Assembly (NCBI RefSeq): GCF_046119375.1
Contig: NW_027362764.1
Coordinates: forward strand, 496,992,001-497,056,000
Reading direction: 5' to 3'
Length of the DNA stretch: 64,000 bases
From: Phyllobates terribilis
Taxonomy: Eukaryota
The notes beneath the pieces were generated by a model. That model searched no databases. It was not told where the DNA came from and was given only the letters and a program-made list of their open reading frames with translations. Made by a program: the position numbers and the translations under genes. Shown here piece by piece: positions 38,109 through 50,979 of this stretch (its first letter is position 1; each line of letters opens with the position of its first letter).

Positions 38109-39533
38109 ATATATTAAAAACCTTACTATTTGTCAAAGTTGACCTCACTGTGTGATTAAGGGCAGACAAAAGATCGGGTCCGAACTGTGGACACCAGCCA
38201 AGGGAAGATTTTAAAATGTATTATTCAGCTGTAGGAAGGGAGGCCACACCCTGGTTTGCACAGAATGCAAAAAATACAAAGCTAAAACACAAAATTTGAA
38301 CTTGGTTTAAGTTGGTATACATGCAGCACATAAATGCATGTTCACAATGGCTATAAATCAGAAAAAACCTACAAGACGCAGAATGAACATAACACATGCT
38401 GTAAATAAATAAAAAGCAAAAGTGCATTTACATAAAATAGGGTTCTTAGTAACACTGTTTTTGCTCAAAAATAGCATAAAAGCTATGGCGTGTAAGTGCG
38501 GGGATTGTGCCGCCCTGGCAGAATACGCCATACTGAATAAAATGGGGTGTTTCGAAAATTTTGCTTCTTTTTTTCAACATATTCATATACTTAATTTATA
38601 TTGGTCCTTTTTAATTTCCTTTAATTTTGAGGACTTTTCCTTCTTGGTGTTACAATTTCAATGTTGATTGTAATTAAAGGGGGTGTCTCTTCTTAGTAAA
38701 TCGTTAAAATGGTAAATTGCTTACAAAAACAATCAACCTTATTTCGTATTATAGTCCTCGCCTTTCTAAAGAACGAAGGGATTTTTAATTCTATAGCTTC
38801 TGCCTTGATGCTTTATAAAAAATATAATCCTCAGCGCTTTAGAATTGATAAGATGGGAACAAGTAAATTTGACAAATGCTTTCTTCCTAAAATAATGTGA
38901 CACTTCTCCTGGGGACAGCTACAATACCAGACATAACCCATGAGCAGATTTGACACTGTTCTTAGAAGATAGCCATGTCTAATCCTGTACATTGCTTAAA
39001 GGGGTTGTCCTTTTAAAAAAAAAAAAAAAAACTCCACTGCTCCCTGGAGTTCTTTGTCAGCGCTGCAGCAGTAATGTCATTGTTGTAACACACGACCATT
39101 GCAGCCAATCACCGGCCTCAGCCAGCTATGATGCCCATAGAAGCCCTAAGGCTGGGGATTGGCTGTTGCATTCATGTGTTGTAGGCAGGATGTCACCGCT
39201 TAAGCCCTATGAACAACTTTGGGATGTGGCAGAGATGTGGCACTGGTCCATCAGGGGATTCAATTAGAAAATAATGTCTGTTTTAATGTTTTTAAGCATT
39301 TAACCTCCCATATGTAAGGAAAGTCCTGAAGAAAAGGGGCCTACCCATGAGCCTGTTGGTGCCGGTGCGTACAGCATTAACATCTTTAGTGAAAAACGAC
39401 TATACACTTGCTGATATTTCAGCGGAGGTATCTAGCTAGCCATAATGTGCCCTAGAAAATTGGTTGTTTCCTGTGGTAGTTGGAAGCAGGACTTCATGTG
39501 AAATGGCTTGTCTGCAATTGGATAACCCCTTAA

Positions 39534-40394
39534 GGCTGCGTGCCCACTATGCGTTTTTACCGTGGAATTTCCGTAGCGAAAACGCTTGGTAATACGTGCC
39601 CCATGGTCCCCAGTGATGCTCCGCATGTGCACATGCGGAAATTTCCACTGCGGATTATCATTGCGGAAAAATACGCAGCATGTCCATTAATTTTGCAGAC
39701 ACGCAGCATAATCGCTACCATTGACTTGCATTGGACCGCGTGACATCCGCATCACTACATCTGCACAAGCGGATATCACACGGTTCAATGTGCGGATGGT
39801 ACCCAGGTCTGGAGAAGAGGAGACTCTCATCCAGACCTGGGTACCATAGAAACTGTAAAAAAAAAAAAAATTAAAATAAAAAATAAAGATTATACTTGCC
39901 TTCCGATGTCCTCCCGGTGTTTTCTCCCCTCCGTCTGGTCTGCTGTATGGGTCGCGGTGTTGTGAAGGACCTGCCATGACGTCATTGAGTCATGTGACCT
40001 GTCACCGTAGATCCTTCACACGACCGCGAGCCGCCCAAGACATCGGACGCAGCAGAGAAAACACCGGGAGGACATTGGAAGGTAAATATAATCTTTATTT
40101 TTTACCATTCTTATTCTTTTTTTTTTTTTTTTTTTTAATAGCTTGGTCACACTATATAAATCCATGCCGGTTGCATGGATTTATATAGTGTGAACAAGTT
40201 GTCAAGCACTTTTCCAAGTGATGCTAAAATCACTTGGAAAAGCGCTTGATAACCCGCATGCAGAAATGCATGAAAAAACACTGGACAAACGCTTCTACCT
40301 GGCAGGAAAAACGCATGTAAAATCCGCATGCGTTTTTTCTGCCAGGGAGAAGCGGAAAAAATATGCAGCATCTCTGCATCGTGGGCGCATAGCC
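39534..40394. mobile_element. Harbinger-like MITE in SIRT5 intron 3, same group as 1418-2370
   Basis: TAA|GGCTGCGTGCCCAC ... GTGGGCGCATAGCC|TTA; shared internal modules; internal palindrome about 39890-40095. Confidence 0.72.
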
Positions 40395-40581
40395 TTAAGG
40401 GACACATGGCTGGTATGTCACAGCTTCTCTGCAAATTTGGGAGTACAGAATTTTTGCATTGATGGATTTCTCATATTCACGATATATACAATAATACAAT
40501 ATTGTAACGACTTGATACAGCCTAAATTAAGCTTGATGTGATTGCGAGCAATTCTTATTAAAGTTATGTGATTTCTTTCAG

Positions 40582-40669
40582 GTAGCTTGTTTAAGACCCG
40601 ATGTAACACTTGTGGCAGTGTGAAGGAAAACTACAAGAGTCCTGTCTGTTCCTCCCTTGAAGGAAAAGG
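40582..40669 (+). CDS. SIRT5: SIRT5 coding exon 4 (88 nt)
   Basis: [30 protein letters not shown], with the first Zn-binding CxxC; phases consistent. Confidence 0.96.
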
Positions 40670-40853
40670 GTAACTTTTGGCTATTTCTGTATTCGTTGTT
40701 GTCTTGGGGTGATTTATTATTGTGCAGTATGTTGATCACCTGCTTGGTATGGATGCCTGTGGTCTCCAGTATAAAAGCATTGACAATCTAGATTGTTCTG
40801 TCTTTGGCCATTGTTAATGATCACACTTACTATTTTTTTTGCACTTTAATTAG

Positions 40854-40907
40854 CGCTCCTGATCCTGAGGTAGAAGATGCTGCTATTCCAGTAGAGGATC
40901 TACCACG
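40854..40907 (+). CDS. SIRT5: SIRT5 coding exon 5 (54 nt)
   Basis: APDPEVEDAAIPVEDLPR; TAG| and |GTGAG boundaries. Confidence 0.95.
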
Positions 40908-42394
40908 GTGAGGACTTCTGTGAAGTAATGTTTCTGCATTCTTTGGTCATATGCAGTTTTTTGGCATTTCCTCCAACTATATGAACCACTTTATCAGTAA
41001 AAATAAACTTCCTTATGTTAGGAAATACAAATGATCATTTGGAGCTGAAAACAACTTTGGTTTGATCTTTTAAAAGCTTTGAATACATTTGCAACCTTTT
41101 TATAATTGCCAAACTAAATGCTCTACATAGTCTTCGTGAAAGACTTGCTTCCATTTTGCTGCTGTAGTGTCTGCGCAACTGCTTCATATAGCTGGTTTTG
41201 CTGCTGTTTGACATGGATCTGATGACGTTTTCTCCTGGAGATATAAGTAGGGAAGTAAACCCTACCTCCCCCTGCAGACTGTGTATTGAGGGAAGATGAC
41301 ACCCAAAGTCTGCAGGGGGAGGTAGGGCTCACACTCGCAATACCATCAGTGTAGAGAGGACAGAATCTGTAGGTGGGTGAGATCACACAGTGTTGGCACA
41401 GATAATAAGTGGTAACTGTCCAAGGCTGCAGCATAGGAATAAAGCCTTGCAATGGTAGCTGCACCTGATTTCACAGACTTAATGCCAAGTATGTATTACT
41501 GGGATGGATATGGCCACAAGAGCCAAAACTAGAAGCAAGCTACAGTCTGCATATCTGGGTCTAAAAAAGTAACTGAACTCACAGCCTGACAATTAGTGCA
41601 ATTTAACCACTTGCATATGTAAAAATATATATATTTTTTACATTTTAAAGGTGTCCACAGCCTTGCAAAGTACTACATGTACAATCTTACCACAAATGAA
41701 TATTTACATTGGATAGTATTTGTGAAATGTATGGTGTCTATTTAGTCTGTAATATATTATGTACTGTAAATTAATACCCCCCCCCCTTTTTTTTTTTTTT
41801 TGGTCACTTTCAAAAAGTTAGTTGCATGCTTGATTAGCTGGAGTTAACCTGATATTCAGACACTTGCTGGATCCATCTGGATACCATATTGTAATTTTTA
41901 ATGATTATGCCTTTCTTGGAAGAAAAAAGACATATAAAGCAAATGTATGCGGGAAAATTTCAGGATTTAAAAAATGATTCCTAATTGATAGAACAGGTGT
42001 GAAATAACAAAATCAGATAGTACTTGCTCTCACCAGGTCCTTCTCTGCATTGGTGACATCATGTTGACAGCTCACATCACTGCTGCCGAGCTCAGTGGCT
42101 CATCCCATCTATCTTGGTCAAGCTGCTGAGCTCAGTGATTTACTGCAGCTTGATGTGAGCTGATGTCACCGCTGCAGCCAAAACACCAAGATCAGAGCAG
42201 CTGCGGAGATCTGCTGCTAGATCCGGAGTGGGTGAGTACTATATGATTGTTATTTTATGACAAATGTTTGGAATCTACCTCTTTTACTGCCTGAAACTTC
42301 CATTTGTGTTTTACATTTTCTGCATTGTATCTTCCAGAGAGAATAGTGGAGGTAAACGTGCTATAATCTAATGAAATTTTTCATCTGTGTGCAG

Positions 42395-42518
42395 TTGTGA
42401 AGAAAAGGACTGCAGTGGCCTCTTACGACCAAATGTGGTGTGGTTTGGGGAGACCTTGGACTCAAATCTCCTAGGAGAGGTGGAAAAAGAGTTGGAAATT
42501 TGTGACTTGTGCTTGGTG
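42395..42518 (+). CDS. SIRT5: SIRT5 coding exon 6 (124 nt)
   Basis: [41 protein letters not shown], with the second Zn-binding Cys pair and the RPxVVWFGE motif. Confidence 0.97.
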
Positions 42519-42799
42519 GTAAGTAGGGAAATCCAAGACCTGGTAAATACAGCACCATAATAAAAACATGTTGCAATGTACATATACTGGATAGGTAACG
42601 AACATATGGAATGACTCTCTCCATATACATCAATTATTTTTATGTGTTCATTAAATGTGATACTGTTATTGCAATTGAAAAAGTTACCAAATACCTCAAT
42701 CAAATGTCTTCTATCTGGCTGTTCCAGATGAATACATCTACCACATATTTGATAAATCGTCGTCAAAATATGGCTCTGACATACTGTCCTCCTGTGCAG

Positions 42800-42915
42800 G
42801 TTGGAACGTCTTCTGTCGTCTATCCTGCTGCCATGTTTGCACCACAAGTGGCTGCAAGAGGGGTACCTGTAGCTGAGTTCAACATGGAAAGCACCCCAGC
42901 GACACTGGGCTTCAC
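42800..42915 (+). CDS. SIRT5: SIRT5 coding exon 7 (116 nt)
   Basis: [39 protein letters not shown], with the GTS and EFN motifs. Confidence 0.97.
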
Positions 42916-43289
42916 GTAAGTAATATTTGCATTGAATTTCAAAAAGAAGGTTCTGAGCTTTGCATGCTATATATGGGGCAGGGAAAGAATGGTTGGTTCG
43001 TGAAGTTACTGTGTTAAAACAGAGGAAAATGGGGAAACTCGAGGATCTAGGCAATTTTGACAGTCAGTTTGTGATGGTTAGATGACTGGGTTAGAGCATC
43101 TCCAAAAAAAAGCAAGTCTTATGGTGTTGTTCCTGGTATGCAGTGGTTGGTAGATACTAAGAGTGGTCCAAAGTACCGCCAATGAACCTGTGATGGGGTC
43201 ATGAGCAACCAAGGCTTTTTTTTATGTCATTGGGAGTGAAGGTTGGTCCAATCCCAGAGAAGAGCTCTTATTGCTGTTAATAAAAAAAA

Positions 43290-43640
43290 ATGCTGGGTGT
43301 AATAGAAAGTTGCCGGAATATGCAGTGCATCACAGCGTGCTGTGTACAGAACTGCGTATATGCAGACTGGTCAAAGTGTCCATGTTGATTCCTGTCCATT
43401 GCCAAAAGCACCTACAGTGGGCATGTGAGCATCACTACTGGACCATGGAGCAATGGAAGAATGTGGCCTGTCTTGATGAATCATACACTTTCAGATCATG
43501 TGGACGGCGTGGCATTTATGAAGATGTTACTTTGACATGTAGCTCATATATAAACATAATACAAAATATACCCCATAATAGCAGCAAAATTTCCTAATGG
43601 CAATAACCTTTTTCAGAAGGATAATGTACACATGCATACT
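43290..43640 (+). mobile_element. Old Tc1 transposase remnant
   Basis: Degenerate LQWACEHHYWTMEQWKNVACLDES motif. Confidence 0.5.
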
Positions 43641-43776
43641 GCAAACCGTTTTCATTAATGGTATTAGGTACGTACTAATTGTCCCATATTTGGGGGGGGG
43701 GAATCCTTCCTGACTCCTCATACGACATTCGGACTAGCTCCCAGAATCAACGTTACATTGTTGTATCTCACTGTTA

Positions 43777-44990
43777 CAGTGGCTTTTGAAAGTATTCACA
43801 CCTACCTTTACCTATTTTGTCACATTACAACCTGTGTTTTACATATCTTTGTCATCCGATTTGTGTGTGATGCGTCAGCACTAAGTAGTCTAAGTTGGTG
43901 AAGTGAGAAAAACATTGGCTTAAATTTGAAATCAAATAACTAAAAATTGGCATGTGCATATTCACCCCTTTTGTGATGAAGTCCCTAAAAATTTCTGGTG
44001 CAAGCAGTTCCCTTCAGAAGTCACATCCTTTGTGAAAGGAAGTCCACCTGTGTACAATCTGTGTCACATGGTCTGTCGGTATATACACATCTTTTCTGAT
44101 AGGCCACAGAGGCTGCTATGGCATTAAGCAAGAGGCACCACTAACCAAACACCATGAAGGCCAAGGAGATCTCCAAACAAATCAGGGACAAAGTTGGGGT
44201 TGAGTTTTATATATTAAAATAATATCTCAATCTCTGATAATCCCCCGGAGCATCATCAAATCCATTATCCTCAAATGGAAAGAACATTGGTACCACAACA
44301 AACCTGCCAAAAGGGCTGCGCACCAAAACACTGCTCACCAAAATGCCCTCCTTGCCTGGGCAAGGAGGGCATTAGTTAATCACTTCAACAGCAGGATGTG
44401 GGATGTTTTTTTCAATTCAGGTACAGGGAAAATGGTCCCAGTTGAGGGGAAGATGGATGGTGCGAAATACAGGGATATTCTTGAGCAAAACCGGTTTGTC
44501 TGTCAGTGATTTTACTGGGAAGGTGGTTCACCTTCCAACAAGACAATGACACAAAGCATACTGCTAAGAGCAACACTTTGAGTGGTTTAAGGGGAAACGT
44601 CTATATGTTTGGAGTGGCCTAGTCAAAGCCCAGACATGAATCCAATTGATAATCTGTGGTCAGACTTGAAGATTACTGTTCACCAGAGGAAACCATCTAA
44701 CTTGAAGGAGCTGGCGCAGTTTTCCTTGAGGAAAGGGCAAAAACACCAGTGGCAAGATGTGGAAAGCTGAGACTTTTCCAAAGTGACTTGCAGCTGTAAT
44801 TGCCGCAAAAGGAGGCTCTACAAAGTACTGACTTCTGGGGGTGAATAGTTATGCACACTGAAGTTTTCAGTAATTTTGTCCAATAAAAAAAAACAAAAAA
44901 CAAATGTTCAGTTGTAGGCATGTTCTTTACATGAACTGATGCAAACCCTCAAAAAAAAAAGTGAAATCCAGGTTGTGAGGCAGCAAAACA
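43777..44990 (+). mobile_element. Degraded, internally deleted Tc1-like element
   Basis: TA|CAGTGGCTTTTGAAAGTATTCAC start; transposase remnants ([20 protein letters not shown]); no clear right TIR. Confidence 0.75.
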
Positions 44991-45324
44991 CGGTATGTTC
45001 TACTAGGAAATAGAGGGCCATTATCACTGAGCCATTTTTTTTCCACTAGTCTCAACATTCTAATTTTATGTGGCCCCATATCAAACTTTATTTAATATAT
45101 TTAGAAATCCTCTATGATGCAGTCAGATTTCCACAAACTCGCACAATGAAAAAGTTTGAGAAATTTTGTTCTCCATCTTCTCCTCAGTGTGCACCTGTTC
45201 TCTTTTCCGAGAGAATCTGTTCACCCTATGCTGACACTCTGATCACATTTTCATCATTGTCATTTGCATAATTCACCCTATTCTCTCGAATGAGAGAATC
45301 TACGACTGTCCGACCGTAACCTAA

Positions 45325-45428
45325 AGGGGAATCTGTCGACACAAAATGACTGTTCAAACCAGATCACAGCCGCTTGTCTTCCATCTACTGTTTGGTTTGA
45401 ACAGTCATTTTGTGCTGTCAGATTGCCC
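45325..45428. mobile_element. 104-bp hairpin MITE (T2-like) in the last SIRT5 intron
   Basis: GGGAATCTGTCGACACAAAATGACTGTTCAAACCA mirrored by TGGTTTGAACAGTCATTTTGTGCTGTCAGATTGCCC; TTAA right flank. Confidence 0.75.
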
Positions 45429-45616
45429 TTAATCTGTCCATGCACTTTAGATGGCTCATGCACATTAATTAAAATGGCGAGAGGGGAATAAGCTGCTACT
45501 AAACCCTTCTGGAACAAATGATTTGACTTTGCCTGCCATATACACATTCTATATAATGGTGCGTTATACATTTTGATTTGCCCAAAACAGTGATTTCTTT
45601 TTTTTTTTTTGCTTAG

Positions 45617-45692
45617 GTTTCATTTCCAGGGACCCTGTGGAACAACTTTGCCTCCAGCACTTGCTCGCCATGAGACAGAGTTCATCTCTTGA
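45617..45692 (+). CDS. SIRT5: SIRT5 last coding exon (76 nt, including the TGA)
   Basis: [24 protein letters not shown]. The eight exons sum to 930 nt = 309 aa plus stop. Confidence 0.96.
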
Positions 45693-45947
45693 ATGAGCTA
45701 CACGGCAGAGAGGGTTAATTTGGTGTGTGAGCACATGAGGACTGCAAAGGGGAGATTAACTTGCCTATTGGGCTGGTCCTGTCCACAATTCCTGGGTATT
45801 GTCCATTACTATGAACATTATAATGCACCAAAAATGTATCTCATGATCGAGAGCAGAAAACTAGAATCCAAATCATGTTGATCATGGGTAATCCAGCTTG
45901 CAGCTTTCAGTTGTTCAGGTCTACATGTTATATGCTGGATCTTTATT

Positions 45948-45965
45948 AATAAAATAAAAAAATAA
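45948..45965 (+). terminator. SIRT5: Candidate proximal SIRT5 poly(A) signals (overlapping AATAAA cluster)
   Basis: AATAAAATAAAAAATAAA about 255 nt after the stop codon. Confidence 0.55.
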
Positions 45966-46244
45966 AAATTGCCCATTGACGCATTTACATTCTATCATGT
46001 TTTCTGTAAAAGCCTTGTATTTTCGCATGTTACAGAGGTAGTGGTGAATGTTCACACTTTCTTTACAGGTTCTGGGGGCCCATCACTGCGACAGTTGTGT
46101 GTATATTCCTATTTGTTTCTGCTGTAGTATCCTTTCAGAACCAAGACATTAAACTGTTAAAATGAAAATAATTACACTTCGGATCTGATTTGTGTGAGAA
46201 CGGTTGCTTTATCTTATTACTATTACAATACCATTTCTGAAGCT

Positions 46245-46250
46245 AATAAA
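46245..46250 (+). terminator. SIRT5: Candidate distal SIRT5 poly(A) signal
   Basis: Isolated AATAAA about 550 nt after the stop codon. Confidence 0.4.
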
Positions 46251-47344
46251 CCTTGATGAGTAAGTCTTCAAAGTGAACATACCATTTTTTTATTAAGATG
46301 ATGATCATCTTGCTATATCAGTTTACTTCTATTGAGTTTTTACATAATTTTGTTCAGGCCTGTTTGCTCATCCTTAAATGTGTCTTGCGTCCAGCATTGT
46401 AGCTCAGCCCCATTCACTTTTTTGCTGCAGAGAATGCCGCAGCACTTTTACTATGCTGATGAGTGGTGGTCCTGGGGGTTTATCTGCACACATTAATATC
46501 GCCTATCCTAACCCACTTACTAAGGCTCATTTGCCTCTATATGGGTGATAGTTGTGTGAATCTCCTGAAAATTGGGTACACAGATCTTGTCTGACGTTTC
46601 GACTAAGGCTGCGGTCACACTATTAGTATTTGATCACTATTCCACATCAGTATTTGTAAGCCAAAACCAGGAGTGGACAAAAAATACATAAGTGGTGACG
46701 TGTTTCTATTACCCCTTTCCTCTGATTCTGGCTTACAAATACTCATGTAAAATACTGATGTGTGACCGTAGTCCAATACAGATGTTCTTGAAAGACCTTC
46801 TGTATGTAAACCAGTTGAAATACAGATGTCCTTGAAAAATGTGTGTGTCAAAATGACGGATAAGATCTGTCTATCCTATTGCCGGATCATGTAAAATGTA
46901 CAAATTTAAGCATTATTGATTATCTTCCTTCTCTTCTGATTTAGTAGACGTGACGTCATGGATGCGTCTGGCCTATTGATAGAAGGAGGCGCTAGGGATT
47001 CTAGCAGGTAGGATGACGTTCACAGTAGTCTGGTGACCACAGATTACTGGCCCACGCTCCTTTTTTTGAATCTTTTTGCTCATCTCTAAAATTTGTAGCT
47101 AAATTGATTTAATTTAGAATCAGGTTGCACAAATAATTCTCATAGTAACTTTGTCACTTTATGGTTTACTTGTTAGTGGTTTTAGTCTGTGCCCCTCTCG
47201 TAAGAGAAATCTGTTTCCCATGCCCTGAATGAGGTTTATATAGCTCAGCGACTCAGGAGGCCGAGCAGCAGATGGCACCAATGATCGGGCAGGCGGTCTC
47301 TCAGACTGCCTTAGGTCTCCTGTAGGCACGATAGTTGTAGACAC

Positions 47345-47655
47345 TAGTGATGAGCGAGTATGTTCTGTTAACCCTTTCGCCGAGTATGCTCGGGCCGAGC
47401 ACCGAGTAGTTACAGCTGCTCGATGTTATGTTTAAATTGCTCCCGTATGCATGATTTGCGACTGTTTGACAGCTTTAATGCATGTGAGGAATGTCTGCTT
47501 CTTGCACATTCCTCACATGCATTAAAGGTGTCAAACAGTCGCAAATCATGCACACAGGAGCGATTTAAACATAACACCGAGCAGCAGTAACTACTTGGTG
47601 CTCGGCCCGAGCATACTCGGCGAAAGGGTTAACAGAACATACTCGCTCATCACTA
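47345..47655. mobile_element. Almost fully palindromic hAT MITE (same family as 37575-37851)
   Basis: TAGTGATGAGCGAGTATG ... CATACTCGCTCATCACTA; 8-bp TSD GTAGACAC; arms of about 150 bp. Confidence 0.92.
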
Positions 47656-47958
47656 GTAGACACAGATCACAGCTCTCCCTTTTTAATATAGCAAAACTAA
47701 AAACCATGCACTTAGGAAAAGAAATAATGAATAAAGTGCTGTTATCCTGAAATTGAAGGAACCTTGGTGGTCAGAGTGCCAATTTTGACTCTTTGACCCC
47801 CCCCCCCCCCCCCAAAAAAAAAAAAAGTACCTACAGAGGGCACGTGATCGTAACCAGACAGCAGAGCAGTGGGAGAAGGAGGCTTGGTCTAATGCATCAC
47901 ATTATCTTTTACATCATGTGGATTCCCAATCAGATGGCAGCAGTGTGATGCTATAGAC

Positions 47959-48150
47959 TAGTGTTTCCAAACTCCAGTCCTCATGGCCCTCAACGGGTCA
48001 TATTTCTGGATTTCCTTAGTATTGCACAGGTGATAGAACCTGTGTCAACTTCTGATACCTTGATGGTAAATCCATCACATGTGCAATACTATGGAAATTC
48101 TAAAAACATTACCTGTGGGGGCCGTGAGGACTGGAGTTTGGGAAACGCTG
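47959..48150. mobile_element. Small hAT MITE
   Basis: TAGTGTTTCCAAACTCCAGTCCTCA ... TGAGGACTGGAGTTTGGGAAACGCTG; 8-bp TSD CTATAGAC. Confidence 0.88.
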
Positions 48151-48718
48151 CTATAGACAATGTTCTGCTAGAGAACTGGCATTTATGTGGTTGCCATTGT
48201 CACGTACCGCCTGCCCAAATATTGTTGCAGGCTAAGTACACGCCCTCATGCCAACAGTATTCTCGAATGGTAGTGGTATCTTGCTGCAGGATAATGCCCC
48301 ACTCATAATATTGATCGGGATTGGTTTGAGGAACGTGGCAAAGTTAAAGGTATTGCCTTGGCCTCCAAAATTCCCACAACTCAATAAGATTGAGCACCAT
48401 GGAGGAACTGAAAGCCTCTGCTGCCCTCATATTCGTCAGTGCTGTCCTGGTGCCATGAGTCGGACATGTTACATGGAGGCACACAGGTTTTTTCCCAGAC
48501 ATTCCAGGAGAGTTCACAAGGTAAAAAAAAAAAAAGTGGCATCTTCCATTTCATGTCATGTTACACATCTCTATATTGTAGACTAATACGTTCTTGATTT
48601 TGCAATGCTGATGCAAAACCTAGAATAGGGCCTACTCCTGGTCCTGAGTATTATGCCACTCAATGTTTGCATCTCCTTCCACCATCCATAGTAATTCCTA
48701 AATGCCCCTGACCTTTAA

Positions 48719-49276
48719 AGGGGTGTTCTCAAGTTTAGACGTTATCCCCCATCTACTCAATAAGCGATAATTTCCTGATCGCTGGGTGTCTGACCGCTGG
48801 GACCCATCCACTGATCCCAAGAATCGGGGCTCTGAAGACCACTGTGTGACTGGAGCAGTCGATTATCCGCACTGCCGCTCAATTCATTCATAAAGGGGTT
48901 GGCTGACTTCGGGGTACAAGTCTGCAATCACTCTGTGAGGATTCATAAGTCTGCAGTCACACTGTCCTTACTCCGCACTATGTTCTGTGAGGATCCTCTG
49001 ATGCGGGCGTGTGACTGCAAGTATATGATTTGCATACACAGTCACGTGCCGACTAGACGTGCACGGCCTCGTTCAATGCAAGTGTATTCAGCAGGGCCGG
49101 ACGTGTCTAGTCAGAATGTGGCTGGAAGTAGGAAAATGGAATACTTGCAGTCATATGATTACTCCTAGCCTGGCACTGGAGCATTCTCACAGTGCATATA
49201 GAGTGACTGCAGACTTGTACCCCAAGGCCCGACAGCCCCTTTTATCTTCAGCAGTCTCATTAAACGAGAGCACCCT
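48719..49276. mobile_element. T2-like MITE with a second T2-like MITE (48894-49240) nested inside
   Basis: Outer TTAA|AGGGGTGTTCTC ... GAGAGCACCCT; inner AGGGGTTGGCTGAC ... GACAGCCCCT. Confidence 0.65.
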
Positions 49277-49366
49277 TTTAGATTGTGTACTTTTGAAAAA
49301 CCAAGCTTGCAATAAATTGGCTTTGCAATGCTAGTGTATTACAGCTCTGTGCATGAGTGGAAAATA

Positions 49367-50969
49367 CTCTTTGGACAAAAGTATCTGGGACACACCTCTT
49401 AATGATTCTATTACTGCTTTTCAATTGCCCCAGGTGTATAAAATCCATCCCCTAGGCATGCAGTCTGCCTTTACTAATATTTGTGAAAAAGAATGGCTCA
49501 CTGAATTTTCGTGGAACTATGATGGGAAGGCACTATTGTGACCTGTCATTATATAAAATTTCTTCCTTCTTTAATATTCCGCAATGAACTGAATAATATG
49601 AAGTAGAAGTGTTTAGGAACACAACCTGGCCACGAAATTACAGATTGGTGTCGCCGAGCGCAGAGAAGTATAGTGCATAAAAGTCACCACTGCTCTTCAA
49701 GCTCAGTAACTGCACAGTTCCTATCCTCTTCTGCTATTAACATCAGCACAAAACTTCATGGTTGATGCGAAGGGTCTCTATTGCCGAGCTGCTGCATGCA
49801 AGCCTTACATCACCAAGCACAATGTCAAGCTGGTGGAAAGCTCATCACCACAAAACTCTGGAGCTGTGGAAACAAACATGTTCAGAGGAGTGATGAATTT
49901 GCTTCTTTATCGGGCAGTCTGATGGACAAGTCTGGGTTTGGTGAATGCCAGGAGAATGTTACATGCATCACAACATTATGCCAACTATAAAGTTTGGTGC
50001 AGAAGAGATAAACCTATGTTTTGTATTTTTTTTTTGCTGTGTTTTTTTTTTTTTTTTTTTTTTTTTACAGAGGTAGGCAAAGGCCCTTAGTTCCAGTGAA
50101 GGGAAATCTTAAAGGGGTTGTTCACTAGTCTGACAACCCCTTCTTAATCCCTATGTTTCACACCAGTAAAATAACACCGATGTTTATGGCTGGTGTTTCA
50201 ACGGTGTCTGCACTGGCTCTCCTGGGACTTTGGCCACAGGGATCACATGACACATCAGCGCAGGCATCACTCTCCCTGACTTCGGACATAACTGACATCT
50301 GGAGGAACTGAGAGATGCATCCTCCAGATGTCTGACTTGTCTGAGGGAGTGAAGCTGGCTCTGACTGGCTGCAGGGATCGCATGACATAATGTCACGCAA
50401 GGCCTAGGAAGGCTAGTGCTGACACCACTGGAATGGTGCTGGCGACAGAGGTGAACATAGGTGCTATTATATTCTAGGGGGTTGGGGGGGAAACAGGGAT
50501 TGAGAAGGTGTCAGAGTTGTGAACAGCCCCTTTAACTCTTCAGACATTTTGTACCAATGCTGCTTCCACCTTGTGGGAACAGTTTGGAGAAGGCGCCCCA
50601 GTGCACAAAGCAATGTCCATAATGCCATTGATGGGGGAGTTTGGTGTGGAAGAACTTTACCGGCCGCAGAGAGCACTGACATTCGAACTCTTTTGGTATG
50701 AATGCTAGCAGAGATTACTAACCCGGCCCTGTCATCCAATATCAGTGTCTGACCCCACAAATGCTCTCCTGGATGAAGGGACAAAAATTGCCATAGACTC
50801 CTCCAAAATCTTGTAGAAAAGCTTCCTAGAAGATGGAAGGTGTTATAGGTATAAAGAGAAGGGGGGCAAACGGGACTCCATGTTAATGACTGTAGATTTA
50901 GAATGGCATGTCCTAAAAGCCCCTGTAGATGTAATGTGCAGGTGTCACAACATTTGTTTCCATATAGTG
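49367..50969 (+). mobile_element. Degraded Tc1-like element interrupted by a T2 MITE
   Basis: Degenerate TIRs (CTCTTTGGACAAAAGTATCTGGGACAC / GTGTCACAACATTTGTTTCCATATAGTG) and transposase remnants. Confidence 0.65.
50113..50531. mobile_element. T2/Kolobok-like MITE
   Basis: TTAA|AGGGGTTGTTCAC ... GTGAACAGCCCCT|TTAA. Confidence 0.88.
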
Positions 50970-50979
50970 TGTGCATATA

